DNA of 64,000 bases from an uncultured Clostridia bacterium (GCA_947626885.1 CANQTX010000003.1:18313-82312); one strand, 5' to 3'. Counted from the stretch's first letter, positions 1 through 11,070 are shown. A program made the numbers and translations. The notes: a model not told the origin generated them from the sequence alone.

Positions 1-454
1 ATCCTATGAAATTTTTAAATCCGTTTTCTTTTTGTAGATAAATTTTATAAGTAAAAATTATTTTTATATCGAAAAAACTTCTAGTAAAATATGAGTAAAT
101 AAAGAAAATATTATAAATTAAAATTTTATTAAAAAAATATGACAACCAAAATATATAAGAGAAAAATATCTCATAAAAGATACGCAACTATAAACATTTT
201 TCAAATTAAACTTTTTCATTATATAAATTTTAGATACAAACAGTAAAATATTTTTAAATAATTCATTCAAATAAAACATCGATATTATTAAAATAAATAA
301 TATAAAATTAAATTTAGTAATTTTTATTTTTTACATAAAAATTATTATAAAAATATTTTAACATCATTTATTATTTTTCAATTTTCAATTATTTTTTATT
401 TTATAAAATTATTTTATATTTGTTATAATTGACCTGTTTTTTTTTAACTATACT

Positions 455-1500
455 TTTTCTTACACAAGTACTATTTTTAGTTTTTTTGTCTTTATAAAAA
501 AGTATTTTTTCATAAAGAGCTATTTTATTTCTCGAAAAAATGTTCTCTTTTTGTCTCTCTTTTTTTTGTCTTTTTGTTGTCTTTTTGTTATTTGTTTTTA
601 TTTGTGTTATGTAAACTTTGTTTTGCTACACAAAATTCTTTTCTTTTCATTTATTCCTAAGCATTTACAAACTTTTTTTAAAAAATATTATCCTTTATTT
701 TATAAATATTTTTATATTTGCTTCCACACAACTTTTAATAAAAATTATGCCTCTTTTACCTTATCTTTTTTCATTTATTTTTTTCTTTTTATTTCTATCT
801 TTTCTTATTAAATTTCTGTTATTTTTCTCTTTTCCTATAATGCGTACTGTAACAAATTTTTTTATAACCTGATTTTTATTTTCGCATTAAAATTTTAAAT
901 TTCTTTTTATTATTTATTTTTTTTATATAAAATATTATTTCTAAACGAAAAGATTTTTTTATTTATTATATTTAAAACAGCTTCTATTAAGCTATTTTTA
1001 AGGCGATTTCAATTATTAACCCTTTTGCATTGCCATCTCACAAGAGATATTGTCAATCTATAAAATTTAATAAAAAATCTTTAGTATATTTTTATTTTTT
1101 TTTATTTAAGATAGTTTTACACAAGTAGAATTTATGAAACTTTTGTTTGTAATATTTTAATTTTCTTAAGTAATTTCTCTTTTTTTCTTCTAATTTTTAT
1201 ATGATTCTGTAATATTTTATAAATTGTTTTTTTGTCTTTTTGGTGTCCTGTTGTTTTGGTGTTATGTAACCTATTTTTGTTTTTTCAAATTTTCTCTTTT
1301 CTCTTTATTTCCCATGGATTTATCTTTTCAAAATTTTAAAAAAAATATACTTTTAATGCAAATACTCAAATGGTTTTTTCAATAAAAATAAAAAAAAAAG
1401 ATACGTCCTTTTTCCGTTTTATTCTTTTCATTTATTACACAATTTTATCAGTATACTATTTCATTTATCATTTTAAATACTATTTTTTAATACACTTTAA
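455..1500 (+). repeat. Gene-free T-rich tract with two diverged tandem copies (about 657-bp period) of a repeat module
   Basis: TTACACAAGTA at 460-470 and 1117-1127; TTTTGTCTTTTTG-type tracts near 564-590 and 1230-1247; GTTATGTAAAC at 606-616 and GTTATGTAACC at 1261-1271; TTATTTCCCA at 1305-1314 (degenerate TTATTCCTAA at 651-660). Track ORFs here are Phe/Leu-rich low complexity and not conserved in frame between copies. Confidence 0.6.
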
Positions 1501-1710
1501 ATAATTTTTTTTCATTCTACAAAAAATATTTTTTTACTTATTATAAGTAATTTTATTTTGATATAATTTTGGTTTACTTCTATATATGAATAAAAATTTT
1601 ATATAAATAAAATAATATAAAAAAATAGAAAATTTTTATAAAGTAAGAAATGTATATAACACTTCCCCCTAATATATAGAAAAAGAAATTAACAAAATGT
1701 TAACTTCTTC

Positions 1711-1803
1711 TGGCGGAGATTGAGGGATTTGAACCCTCGCGGCCACTTACGCAACCCTAACGGTTTAGCAAACCGTCCCCTTCAACCACTTGGGTAAATC
1801 TCC
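1711..1803 (-). tRNA. tRNA-Ser (anticodon GCU), CCA encoded
   Basis: Reverse complement reads GGAGATTTACCCAAGTGGTTGAAGGGGACGGTTTGCTAAACCGT...GGTTCAAATCCCTCAATCTCCGCCA: 7-bp acceptor stem, anticodon stem ACGGT/ACCGT with loop TTGCTAA, long variable arm, GTTCAAATC T-loop. Confidence 0.9.
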
Positions 1804-1807
1804 ATAG

Positions 1808-1936
<129 letters not shown>

Positions 1937-2214
1937 AGAAAGTTGCTTTTTCTAGCAACATCTATATATTAACACATTTACAAAGATGTTGTCAACATTT
2001 ATTTTAAAAATTCTACTTTTCCATTATCCTTGTAAAAGATTATCATTTTTACATACCTTTAGTAAATTCTTTCTTTACAAAATTATATCCTATTGCTTTT
2101 CTGTTTAAACTTATAAAAATAAAATATAAGACCTTTTCTGCTTTTATAAATATTTTATTTGATAAAAAACAAAAAACAGCTTATGTTTTATTTTCATAAG
2201 CATATTTTTATTTC

Positions 2215-2736
2215 TTATCTTCTATTTTTAGCTATAAAATTTTTGGTTTGTTCTGCTATTTCCAAAGCCTCTTTTTCTTCTTCTGATAATTGATAACTAG
2301 ACATACCGCCTTTAATGGGTTTTGCATAAATATTAGAAGATTCTGAACCATACAATCCATTTAATATAACACCATTATCGTTTTTATCTAATAATGCTAT
2401 AGCAAAACTTAAATTACTGCCTACATCTTTAAATGCATTATATCTTACTAACCCTACTTTTTGAATGCAAGATGCTATATCTCTATCTAATTTGGTATAA
2501 TAAGCTTTTATTTCAGCATTATCTTTTTGGATTTCCTTTACATCCGCTAAGTATTTTTTTAACATCTCATCTAAATTATTACCATTTCCTAATTTTTTCA
2601 TAAATTGTAAATATTTTTTATTGGTATTTATTAATAATATTATATTAATAAAGAAAAATATAATTAATATGATATTTAAAATAAAAGACATTATAAAAAA
2701 ATTATCTGTTTTTATATAGGCAAGTAAATTTTCCAT
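2215..2736 (-). CDS. DUF4446-family membrane-anchored protein (typical gene downstream of parB in Clostridia)
   Basis: 173-aa ORF with an N-terminal TM helix. C-terminal region VGLVRYNAFKDVGSNLSFAIALLD..GVILNGLY resembles DUF4446. Position immediately after parB. Confidence 0.7.
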   Translation of the reverse strand: MENLLAYIKTDNFFIMSFILNIILIIFFFINIILLINTNKKYLQFMKKLGNGNNLDEMLKKYLADVKEIQKDNAEIKAYYTKLDRDIASCIQKVGLVRYNAFKDVGSNLSFAIALLDKNDNGVILNGLYGSESSNIYAKPIKGGMSSYQLSEEEKEALEIAEQTKNFIAKNRR

Positions 2737-2763
2737 AACTTCACATCCTTATTAAAATTGTTT

Positions 2764-3609
2764 TTATTGAATTAAATCTAAAATTCTTTCTAAATCTTCA
2801 TTAGAATTATATTGAATAATAATTTTCCCTTTCTTCTCTCCTGCATCTAATGTTACTTTTGTTCCAAAAAAGCCTTGAAAAGTATTTTCTATATCTCTAT
2901 AAATTGGTAAATATTTATTTTTTTTCTTATGCCCAACTTTTTTTTGTTTTACCTTTTTTTCTGCTTCTCTTACAGAATCTCCCGATTCTATTATGTATAA
3001 AGCCATTTGATATTGCTTTTCTGGATCTTCTATTGCCATTAAAGATTTGCAATGCCCTTCTGTTAGTTTTCCCTCTAATGCTAAATTTATAACTCTTTCA
3101 TCTAAATTTAAAATTCTTACTGTATTGGCAATAGCACTTCTACTTTTTCCTAACTTGTCCGCTACTTTTTGTTGTGTTAGATGATATTCTTCCATTAAAA
3201 GTTTAATTCCTCTTGCTTTTTCAATCGGATTTAAATCCTCTCTTTGAATATTTTCTATTAGAGATATTTCTTTATTTTTTTGTTCATTATTATCTCTTAT
3301 AATAACTGGTATCTCTTCTAATCCTGCTTTTTTTGAAGCTCTCCATCTTCTTTCCCCAGCAATTATTTGATAAAAATTATCTCTTTTGGTAACCACTATT
3401 GGCTGAATAACACCATATTCCTTAATAGAATTAGCTAATTCTTCAATACTCTCTTCATCAAATTTTTTTCTAGCCTGGTTTCTATTAGGTTCTATTTCTG
3501 TTATTTTTACATGTTGTACTAAGACATCTAGAGGTGCTTCTTCTATTATTGGTGCGCTGCCAAATAGGGCATCTAATCCTTTTCCCAAACCAGTTTTCTT
3601 TACAGCCAT
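2764..3609 (-). CDS. parB: Chromosome partitioning protein ParB/Spo0J
   Basis: GLGKGLDALF N-terminus, IIAGERRWRA ParB box, HTH region LTQQKVADKLGKSRSAIANTVRIL; follows parA. Confidence 0.95.
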   Translation of the reverse strand: MAVKKTGLGKGLDALFGSAPIIEEAPLDVLVQHVKITEIEPNRNQARKKFDEESIEELANSIKEYGVIQPIVVTKRDNFYQIIAGERRWRASKKAGLEEIPVIIRDNNEQKNKEISLIENIQREDLNPIEKARGIKLLMEEYHLTQQKVADKLGKSRSAIANTVRILNLDERVINLALEGKLTEGHCKSLMAIEDPEKQYQMALYIIESGDSVREAEKKVKQKKVGHKKKNKYLPIYRDIENTFQGFFGTKVTLDAGEKKGKIIIQYNSNEDLERILDLIQ

Positions 3610-3625
3610 CTCTTTTCCCCTCCTA

Positions 3626-4405
3626 CTATTCTTTTTGATTATTTATCTCATCTTTTTTTAAAACTTCTCTTGCTAATTTTTCATATGCTCTCGCACCTTT
3701 AGATTTGGCATCATATAATGTAATTGGCATTCCAAAACTAGGTGCTTCACTTAATTTAATATTTCTTGGAATGACAGTTTTATATACTTTATCACCAAAA
3801 TATCGTTTCACTTCTTTTACCACTTGATTAGAAAGATTGGTTCTTATATCATACATCGTGAGAACAGCACCTTCTACTTCTAATTCTTTATTAAGATGTT
3901 TTTTAACTAAATTAATTGTATTTAATAATTGTCCTAATCCTTCTAGTGCATAATATTCACATTGTACAGGAATTAAAACAGAATTTGCTGCTGTAAAAGC
4001 ATTTAAGGTTATTAGCCCCAAAGATGGAGGACAATCTATTATAATATAATCAAACTCATCTTTTATCATTTCCAAACTTTCTTTTAATCGATGTTCTCGT
4101 GATATTTGTGAAACAAGCTCAACTTCAGCTCCTGCAAGATTCATATTAGACGGACATACTTTTAACGTTTTTATACAAGTATTTAGTAATGTTAATTTTA
4201 TGTTAACTTCATTAATTAATACATCATACAAAGAATTTTCAAATTCTTTATTAATTCCTAATCCACTAGAAGCATTTCCTTGTGGATCTGCATCAATCAG
4301 CATTACCTTTTTTCCTTTTTTTGCAAGGATTGTACTTAAATTAACTGCTGTTGTTGTTTTTCCTACGCCTCCTTTTTGATTTGCTATTGCTATAATTTTA
4401 CTCAA
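3626..4405 (-). CDS. parA: Chromosome partitioning ATPase ParA/Soj
   Basis: Deviant Walker A NQKGGVGKTTTAVNL, IIIDCPPSLG Walker B; adjacent to parB. Confidence 0.95.
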   Translation of the reverse strand: MSKIIAIANQKGGVGKTTTAVNLSTILAKKGKKVMLIDADPQGNASSGLGINKEFENSLYDVLINEVNIKLTLLNTCIKTLKVCPSNMNLAGAEVELVSQISREHRLKESLEMIKDEFDYIIIDCPPSLGLITLNAFTAANSVLIPVQCEYYALEGLGQLLNTINLVKKHLNKELEVEGAVLTMYDIRTNLSNQVVKEVKRYFGDKVYKTVIPRNIKLSEAPSFGMPITLYDAKSKGARAYEKLAREVLKKDEINNQKE

Positions 4406-4489
4406 GATAATTCCTCCTTTTTTACTTTATCATCATATAAAATTTTATGGAGTATGTCAATCTATTTAAAGATTTTTTTATAAAAAAAA

Positions 4490-4505
4490 TGTTTCATGTG
4501 AAACA
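4490..4505. promoter_or_regulatory. parS: parS-like centromere site TGTTTCATGTGAAACA
   Basis: 16-bp perfect palindrome differing at 2 positions from the Bacillus parS consensus TGTTCCACGTGAAACA. It lies between rsmG and parA and may double as the rsmG terminator stem. Confidence 0.75.
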
Positions 4506-4508
4506 TTT

Positions 4509-5264
4509 TTATTTGATTGGATCCTTCAAAGGTTTTCCCTGACCTCTTGGATAATTTAATGGTGTCTTTTTTATTTTCTTTATAATAATATTATTTCTTT
4601 CTATCTCATTTGAAACTAAAATTGTTTGTATTTCTTCTATTTTCCCTCCTAAAATAGAAATAGCCTTTTCTCCTTGTTCTAATTCCTTTTTATAATTAGG
4701 ACCTTTCATACATATGGCTTTTCCACCAATTTTAACAAATGGCAACATATATTCTAAAATAGTACTTAAATTCGAAACAGCCCTTGTTGTAGCCACATCA
4801 AATTTCTCTCTATAAGCTTCTTGCATAGCTAAAGTTTCTGCTCTTGTATGAATCAATTCTACATCTTGTAAAATCATCTTATCTGTAATATCTTTTATCA
4901 TATTTATTTTTTTATTAATAGAATCTATTAATGTTATTGCTATATCATCTTTTAAGATTTTCAAAGGTATCCCGGGAAATCCTGCTCCTGTACCAATATC
5001 AATAACTTTATTATTCTGCTTTATATATTTACCAATGCTCAATGAATCCATAAAGTGTTTCTTAACAAATTCTTTTTCATCTTTAATAGCTGTTACATTT
5101 ACTTTTTCATTCCATTTTAAGACAGCTTGCATATACTCATAAAATAGTGAAATTTTCTCTTCTGCTACTATTATTTTATTTTTCTGACATTCTTCTAAAA
5201 AAAATATTGTAAATTCTTTTTTATCCATATATTTTCTCCATTTTTCATTATAATTTGGGTACAT
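4509..5264 (-). CDS. rsmG: 16S rRNA (guanine527-N7)-methyltransferase RsmG (GidB); the true start may be the internal Met at 5228
   Basis: SAM motif IDIGTGAGFPGIPLKI; conserved position between mnmG and parA. Confidence 0.9.
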   Translation of the reverse strand: MYPNYNEKWRKYMDKKEFTIFFLEECQKNKIIVAEEKISLFYEYMQAVLKWNEKVNVTAIKDEKEFVKKHFMDSLSIGKYIKQNNKVIDIGTGAGFPGIPLKILKDDIAITLIDSINKKINMIKDITDKMILQDVELIHTRAETLAMQEAYREKFDVATTRAVSNLSTILEYMLPFVKIGGKAICMKGPNYKKELEQGEKAISILGGKIEEIQTILVSNEIERNNIIIKKIKKTPLNYPRGQGKPLKDPIK

Positions 5265-5265
5265 T

Positions 5266-7152
5266 CTATTGATTTTTATTTGACTTCTTATATTGTTCCA
5301 AATATATTAAAAGTACAGATATATCAGCTGGTGAAACACCAGATATCCTAGATGCCTGCCCAATAGAATATGGTTTATATTGATTCAATTTCTGTCTTGC
5401 TTCTAATCTGATTCCTTTTATAGATTCATAATTTAAATTTTCAGGCAATAATTTTTTTTCTAGTTTTTTAAAACTTTCTACTTGCTTCTTTTGCATATTA
5501 ATATATCCTTCATATTTTATCATAATTTCAACTTCTTCTTCTACTTGTCTATCCAATTTAGGTCTATTATTATCTATTTCTTTTAATGATTGATATGATA
5601 ATTCTGTTCTTTTTAATAATTCTGAAAGCTTTATACCAGAATTGATTTCAGTTGTTCCTTGTGTTTTTAAAAATGTATTGACTTCTTTTGAAGGCTTTAT
5701 ATTAGTAGTTTTTAATCGTTGTATTTCTTTCTCTATATTCTCTTTTTTCAATAAAAATCTCTTATACCTTTCATCAGATATTAAACCTATTTCATGTCCC
5801 ATAGCTGTTAACCTTAAATCAGCATTATCTTGCCTTAGTAAAAGCCTATATTCTGCTCTAGAAGTCATCATTCTATATGGTTCTGTTGTACTTTTCGTTA
5901 CAATATCATCAATTAGAACGCCAATATAAGCATCTGCTCTATCTAAAATAAACGGTGCATTTCCTTTTAATTTTTGTACAGCATTAATTCCTGCTATTAA
6001 ACCTTGACATGCTGCTTCTTCATAGCCAGAAGTACCATTAATTTGGCCTGCAAAAAACATTCCATCAATTGCTTTTAATTCCAAAGAATTTTTTAATTGT
6101 GAAGGTTCTATACAATCATATTCTATAGCATAAGCAGGTCTTGTAAATTCAGCATTCTCAAGACCCGGAAGCGTTCTATACATTTCAATTTGTACATCTT
6201 CTGGAAGAGAAGAACTCATTCCTTGAATATACATTTCTTCTGTATCTATTCCTATTGGTTCAACAAAAATTTGATGTCTTTCTTTATCTGCAAACCTAAC
6301 AACTTTATCCTCTATAGAAGGACAATATCTTGGTCCTGTACCAGCGATAACACCTGCATACATCGGAGATCTATGTAAATTCTTTCTAATAATTTCATGT
6401 GTCTTTTCATTCGTATATGTAAGCCAACATGGAACCTGCTTAAAATCCGACAACTTATCATCAAAAGAAAACGGTATTAAGTCTTTGTCACCCTCTTGCA
6501 TTTCCATTTTAGAAAAGTCTATACTTTTTTTATTAATCCTAGCTGGTGTTCCTGTTTTAAACCTTTGCAATTCTATGTGCAATTTTTTTAAACATTCAGA
6601 TAATTGATTAGCAGGAAAAACACCATCTGGTCCACTTTCAAAAGACGTTTCTCCTATATGAATTTTTCCTTTTAAATATGTCCCCGTTGCTAAAATAACT
6701 GCATCAACTTCATAAACAGCCCCCAAATTAGTTTCTACTGCTTTGACTCTTCCCTTTTCTACCTCTATATTAATAATTTCTGCTTGTTTAATATATAAAT
6801 TTTCTTGTTTTTCTAATGTATGCTTCATTTCCATTTGATATTTTTTTCGATCTGCTTGAGCTCTTAATGAATGCACAGCAGGACCTTTAGATGTATTTAA
6901 CATTCTCAATTGAATTAATGTTTTATCAATGTTTTTCCCCATCTCTCCACCTAAAGCATCTATTTCTCTTACTAAATGTCCTTTTGATGTTCCTCCAATA
7001 TGCGGATTACATGGCATATTAGCAATACATTCCAAACTAATTGAGAATATTAATGTTTTCATTCCTAATCTAGCAGATGCCAAAGCAGCTTCACACCCTG
7101 CATGTCCTGCTCCTATTACTGCTACATCATATTTTCCTGCATTATATTTCAT
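5266..7152 (-). CDS. mnmG: tRNA uridine 5-carboxymethylaminomethyl modification enzyme MnmG (GidA)
   Basis: 628 aa, FAD motif [12 protein letters not shown], full-length family-typical sequence. Confidence 0.97.
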   Translation of the reverse strand: MKYNAGKYDVAVIGAGHAGCEAALASARLGMKTLIFSISLECIANMPCNPHIGGTSKGHLVREIDALGGEMGKNIDKTLIQLRMLNTSKGPAVHSLRAQADRKKYQMEMKHTLEKQENLYIKQAEIINIEVEKGRVKAVETNLGAVYEVDAVILATGTYLKGKIHIGETSFESGPDGVFPANQLSECLKKLHIELQRFKTGTPARINKKSIDFSKMEMQEGDKDLIPFSFDDKLSDFKQVPCWLTYTNEKTHEIIRKNLHRSPMYAGVIAGTGPRYCPSIEDKVVRFADKERHQIFVEPIGIDTEEMYIQGMSSSLPEDVQIEMYRTLPGLENAEFTRPAYAIEYDCIEPSQLKNSLELKAIDGMFFAGQINGTSGYEEAACQGLIAGINAVQKLKGNAPFILDRADAYIGVLIDDIVTKSTTEPYRMMTSRAEYRLLLRQDNADLRLTAMGHEIGLISDERYKRFLLKKENIEKEIQRLKTTNIKPSKEVNTFLKTQGTTEINSGIKLSELLKRTELSYQSLKEIDNNRPKLDRQVEEEVEIMIKYEGYINMQKKQVESFKKLEKKLLPENLNYESIKGIRLEARQKLNQYKPYSIGQASRISGVSPADISVLLIYLEQYKKSNKNQ

Positions 7153-7207
7153 CTTTTTTCTTCCTTTCGATTTTGTATCATTATGAGATATGTTATTTTT
7201 TTACAAA

Positions 7208-7223
7208 TGTTTCTCGTGAAACA
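7208..7223. promoter_or_regulatory. parS: parS-like site TGTTTCTCGTGAAACA
   Basis: Matches parS consensus TGTTNCACGTGAAACA at 15 of 16 positions (T for A at position 7); located in the mnmE-mnmG intergenic region. Confidence 0.7.
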
Positions 7224-7259
7224 AGAACATATGTTTTTTGTAATATGTTTGTTATATTT

Positions 7260-8624
7260 TTATTTTCCTAAACAAAATTTTGAAAAAATTTCTTTAATTA
7301 CATCTTCTGTAACGCTTTCTCCCGTTATTTTTCCTAATTCTTCTAATATTTCTTTTAAATAAATTGAAATTATATCAATGGGTATATTTTGCATAATCGT
7401 TTCTCTTGCTTTATTTAAATTTTTTCTAGCATTGATAATTGAATTTTTATGACGCACATTACTAACTATCAATTCTCCATTGTTAGCAATTTTATCTAAC
7501 TGAAACATTTTTACAATCTCATCATATAAGTCTTGTATACCTTCTTGTGTTTTCGTTGATATTTTCACTATTGGTTTATTAATTGATTCTATTTCTTTAA
7601 AAGATTTTTCTTGCATTAAATCAATTTTATTAAGCACAATGATAGCATTTCTATTTTTTATTAAATCTAATATATCTCTATCTTCTTCGTTTAGATCCCT
7701 CGTTATATCAAACATAGCAATAATCACATCACTTTTTTTGGCTATTTCTATTGCTTTTGTTACACCTATTTTTTCAACTTCATCTTTTGCATTTCTAATA
7801 CCTGCAGTATCAATAATTCGTAACGGAATACCTTCAATTGAAATATATTCTTCAATCGTATCTCTTGTTGTTCCTTCAACATTAGTAACAATTGCTCTTT
7901 CTTCATTTAGAATTATATTTAATAAAGAAGATTTTCCTGCATTTGGTCTTCCTATAATAGCTGTACGAATACCATCTCTTAAAATTTTACCGTTATAAAA
8001 ACTTTTTTCTAATGTCTGTAAATCTCTTTCTACCACATCTAACACACTTAAAACCTTATTCTGTGTCACTTCATCAAGATCATATTCTGGATAGTCAATC
8101 GTTGCTTCAATATCAGCCAAAACAGAAATCATTTTTTTTCTTATATCTGTTATTTTTTTGGAAAGATTTCCTTCTAACTGTTCCATTGACATTTGAGCTT
8201 CTTTATCTGTTTTAGCTTGAATCATATCTATAACAGCTTCTGCTTGTGATAAATCTATTCTTCCATTTAAAAAAGCTCTTTTTGTAAATTCTCCTGCTTC
8301 TGCCATTTTAGCACCATTTTGAATACATAAATCTAAAATTTGATTCATAATAATCATACCACCATGTGTATTAATTTCACACATATTTTCTGTGGTATAA
8401 CTTTTAGGAGATGTAAAAAAAGATACTAAAACCTCGTCTATCATATTATTGTTTTTATCTATAATATGTCCATATTGGATGGTATAACCCCTTATTTTCT
8501 TTCGATTATGATGAATTGGTTGAAAAATTTTTTCCAATATCGTAAAACTCTCTTCTCCACTCATTCTAATAATACCAATTCCTCCAATTCCTGGTGCCGT
8601 AGATATTGCTACTATTGTACTCAT
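7260..8624 (-). CDS. mnmE: tRNA modification GTPase MnmE (TrmE)
   Basis: G1 motif GRPNAGKSSLLN, DTAGIR, NKID, C-terminal CLGK. Confidence 0.97.
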   Translation of the reverse strand: MSTIVAISTAPGIGGIGIIRMSGEESFTILEKIFQPIHHNRKKIRGYTIQYGHIIDKNNNMIDEVLVSFFTSPKSYTTENMCEINTHGGMIIMNQILDLCIQNGAKMAEAGEFTKRAFLNGRIDLSQAEAVIDMIQAKTDKEAQMSMEQLEGNLSKKITDIRKKMISVLADIEATIDYPEYDLDEVTQNKVLSVLDVVERDLQTLEKSFYNGKILRDGIRTAIIGRPNAGKSSLLNIILNEERAIVTNVEGTTRDTIEEYISIEGIPLRIIDTAGIRNAKDEVEKIGVTKAIEIAKKSDVIIAMFDITRDLNEEDRDILDLIKNRNAIIVLNKIDLMQEKSFKEIESINKPIVKISTKTQEGIQDLYDEIVKMFQLDKIANNGELIVSNVRHKNSIINARKNLNKARETIMQNIPIDIISIYLKEILEELGKITGESVTEDVIKEIFSKFCLGK

Positions 8625-8746
8625 CTTAATCTCCTTTTAACTTTTATTACTAAAAATCGCTTTTTATTATATCATAGTATACATAATTATGCAATGATGA
8701 TTTTGGCTTTCTAAAAAAAAATCAGCCTTGTATTAAGGCTGATTTT

Positions 8747-9445
8747 TTACGATTTTAATGCTACAACCACTTTTCTATAAGGTTCCTCCCCTACACTATA
8801 TGTCTTTACTTTATCATTTTCTTGTAATTTTGTATGAATAATTTTTCTCTCATACGCTGACATTGGTTCCAACGTAATGGACTTTCTCGTTTTTATTACG
8901 GTTCCTGCTATCTTTCCAGCTAAATTTTGTAAATCTTTTTCTCTTTTTTCTCTATAACCACCAATATTGACTAACACTTTAATTTTTTCTTTATTGGATT
9001 TACATGCAATGTTGCTGATAACCGTTTGTATACTATTTAATACTTCTCCCCTATACCCAATTAAATATCCAGTATCTTCACCTTCTATATTAATATAAAT
9101 ATAGCTTTCTTCTTCTATAATATGATACGTTAAATTTTTAGTAGGCAACCATTTTAAGAATTCTTCTAGAAACTTTTCTATGTCCTGTATAGCTATTTTT
9201 TTATCTGCTTCTTCTATTGGTTTTTTATTTTCGTGTTTTTTAACATCTTTTTTACTTTCTATGCCCTCTTTTAATTTCATTTCTACTTTCACCACTCTTG
9301 GTGATAAAATACTAAAAAAACTTCTCTTATCTTCTTGTTCCAAAATTTTAATATCTACTTTACTTTTAGCAACCTTTAATTCCTTTAATCCTTTTTCAAT
9401 TGCCTCTGTCGATGTTTTTCCTTCAAAAACATATACATTATCCAT
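8747..9445 (-). CDS. jag: Jag/KhpB RNA-binding protein (KH + R3H domains)
   Basis: 232 aa, C-terminal R3H-like SAYERKIIHTKL; conserved position after yidC. Confidence 0.85.
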   Translation of the reverse strand: MDNVYVFEGKTSTEAIEKGLKELKVAKSKVDIKILEQEDKRSFFSILSPRVVKVEMKLKEGIESKKDVKKHENKKPIEEADKKIAIQDIEKFLEEFLKWLPTKNLTYHIIEEESYIYINIEGEDTGYLIGYRGEVLNSIQTVISNIACKSNKEKIKVLVNIGGYREKREKDLQNLAGKIAGTVIKTRKSITLEPMSAYERKIIHTKLQENDKVKTYSVGEEPYRKVVVALKS

Positions 9446-10278
9446 TACTCTTCCCCCTCTGTTTTTAAATATTTATTTACAAAAATTCTTTCACCAATCA
9501 TTAGTAAATTACTAACAAACCAATATAAAGCTAATCCCAAAGGTGCTATCAATGCTATACTAACAGACATAATCGGCATCATTAACATCATTTGTTTATT
9601 CATTTCCTCCATAGCGTCTATTTCTTTTTCTGTTTCTTCGTTTATATTTTGATTTTCCTTAGCTTTATTATTCATATTTGTTGTTATTTTTGTTGATATC
9701 AAAGATGTTATAACATATAATCCTGGAATAATAAATACTTTCCAGTTAGAAAAATTTTGAGAAGGTACATCACTTAAATCTAATCCTAAAAAGTCCATAT
9801 TTAACTGAACTTTTTCATCTTCTTTTCCTTTTTCTTTAATAATTGCAATTTCTGCATATCTTATAGCACCACTAGCATTTTCGGATATTTCCTGAGAATA
9901 TTTATCTATTGTTTCTTTATCAATATGCTTCATATACGTAAGAGGTCGACTAACAAGGAAAAATATAGATAAAATAATCACTATTTGAATAATGGAACTA
10001 AGACACCCACTAAATGGACTCATATTTTCTTGTTTGTAAACATCCATCATTTCTTGGTTCAATCTTACGGGATCGTTACTATATTTCTCTTGAATTTCTT
10101 TTATTTTTATTTGCACTTTTGTAGATTTTTTCATTGTCTTTTGTTGTTTAATAGAAATTGGTAACATAATTATTTTTAAAATAATAGTAAAAATAATTAT
10201 AGCTATTCCATAATTATTAACAATACCATAAATAGTATTTAATACATAACCAAATAAGTTAGCAAAAAAGTTAAACAT
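9445..10278 (-). CDS. yidC: Membrane protein insertase YidC/SpoIIIJ
   Basis: Polytopic 277-aa protein with LPISIKQQKTMKK motif and a conserved C-terminal TM; located in the rnpA-yidD-yidC-jag cluster. Confidence 0.9.
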   Translation of the reverse strand: MFNFFANLFGYVLNTIYGIVNNYGIAIIIFTIILKIIMLPISIKQQKTMKKSTKVQIKIKEIQEKYSNDPVRLNQEMMDVYKQENMSPFSGCLSSIIQIVIILSIFFLVSRPLTYMKHIDKETIDKYSQEISENASGAIRYAEIAIIKEKGKEDEKVQLNMDFLGLDLSDVPSQNFSNWKVFIIPGLYVITSLISTKITTNMNNKAKENQNINEETEKEIDAMEEMNKQMMLMMPIMSVSIALIAPLGLALYWFVSNLLMIGERIFVNKYLKTEGEE

Positions 10279-10287
10279 GGTTTCCTC

Positions 10288-10506
10288 CTATTTTAAAGGG
10301 TCATAACCACCTTTTGAAAATGGATGACACTTTATTATTCTTTTTATTCCTTTGCATACGCCTTTTAAAGTACCGTATTTCTCTATTGCCTGTTTGGTAT
10401 ATTCAGAACAAGTCGGTTCAAATTTACAATGAACTCCTAAAAATGCAAGATATGGTGATATGTGTTTTTTATAAAAAGTAAGACAATGCATTAAAATATT
10501 CTTCAT
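10288..10506 (-). CDS. yidD: Membrane protein insertion efficiency factor YidD
   Basis: 72 aa with C.F.PTCSEY and HPFSKGGYDP motifs. Confidence 0.9.
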   Translation of the reverse strand: MKNILMHCLTFYKKHISPYLAFLGVHCKFEPTCSEYTKQAIEKYGTLKGVCKGIKRIIKCHPFSKGGYDPLK

Positions 10507-10853
10507 TACACTTCTCCTAATATATTTGCTTTTTGGAATATTTTTATAAAATCTTCATGTACATCATTATAAGAAATATTTTCAATATTTTTTTTCTTAT
10601 TCATAATAATTAAAATATTATATCCTATCGGAATAGCATCCTCAAAATATTGATAATTTTCTCGAATCAATCTTTTTATTCTATTTCTTTTTACAGCTTT
10701 TCCTTGTTTTTTAGAAATTGCTATTCCTAGTTTATTCCACTTTAAATTTGTCTTTTTGATATACATGTGAATACATACACCATAATAAAATTTTCCCCTT
10801 GAAAAAAGATTTTTAAATTCGTAATTTTTTTTCATCATTATTGTTTTTTTCAT
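10506..10853 (-). CDS. rnpA: Ribonuclease P protein component
   Basis: 115 aa, KAVKRNRIKRLIRE RNR motif; follows rpmH. Confidence 0.9.
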   Translation of the reverse strand: MKKTIMMKKNYEFKNLFSRGKFYYGVCIHMYIKKTNLKWNKLGIAISKKQGKAVKRNRIKRLIRENYQYFEDAIPIGYNILIIMNKKKNIENISYNDVHEDFIKIFQKANILGEV

Positions 10854-10935
10854 ATACCTTCTTTTCCCCTATTACCAGGAAAAAATCATTTGCTACTATA
10901 TAAAAAAAGGCGCTATATTGCCCCTCTTTTTAATT

Positions 10936-11070
10936 TTAAGCACAGATGCTTTTTCTTCCCTTATTTCTTCTAGCCTTTAAAACTTTTCTTCCTGCTCTTG
11001 TTTGCATTCTTTTTCTAAAACCATGTACTTTATTTCTTTGTCTTTTTTTTGGCTGATATGTTCTTTTCAT
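10936..11070 (-). CDS. rpmH: 50S ribosomal protein L34 (below the ORF-track length cut-off)
   Basis: Manual translation of the minus strand gives [44 protein letters not shown], 44 aa, with GGAGG RBS upstream. Confidence 0.9.
   Translation of the reverse strand: MKRTYQPKKRQRNKVHGFRKRMQTRAGRKVLKARRNKGRKSICA

Noticed and set aside
551-872. Track ORFs 551-811 and 618-872 (Phe/Leu/Ile-rich 84-86 aa)
   Set aside because: Extreme low-complexity composition follows directly from the T-rich strand. There is no RBS. The paralogous repeat copies are conserved at nucleotide level but fall in different frames.
2850-9515. Antisense ORFs inside parB, mnmG, mnmE, jag and yidC (2850-3092, 5642-5929, 6190-6378, 6929-7186, 7077-7362, 7639-7998, 8012-8215, 8466-8714, 9180-9515)
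   Set aside because: Each lies opposite a gene with unambiguous family motifs. Their products are low-complexity Ser/Phe/Leu/Ile-rich sequences typical of antisense frames in AT-rich DNA.
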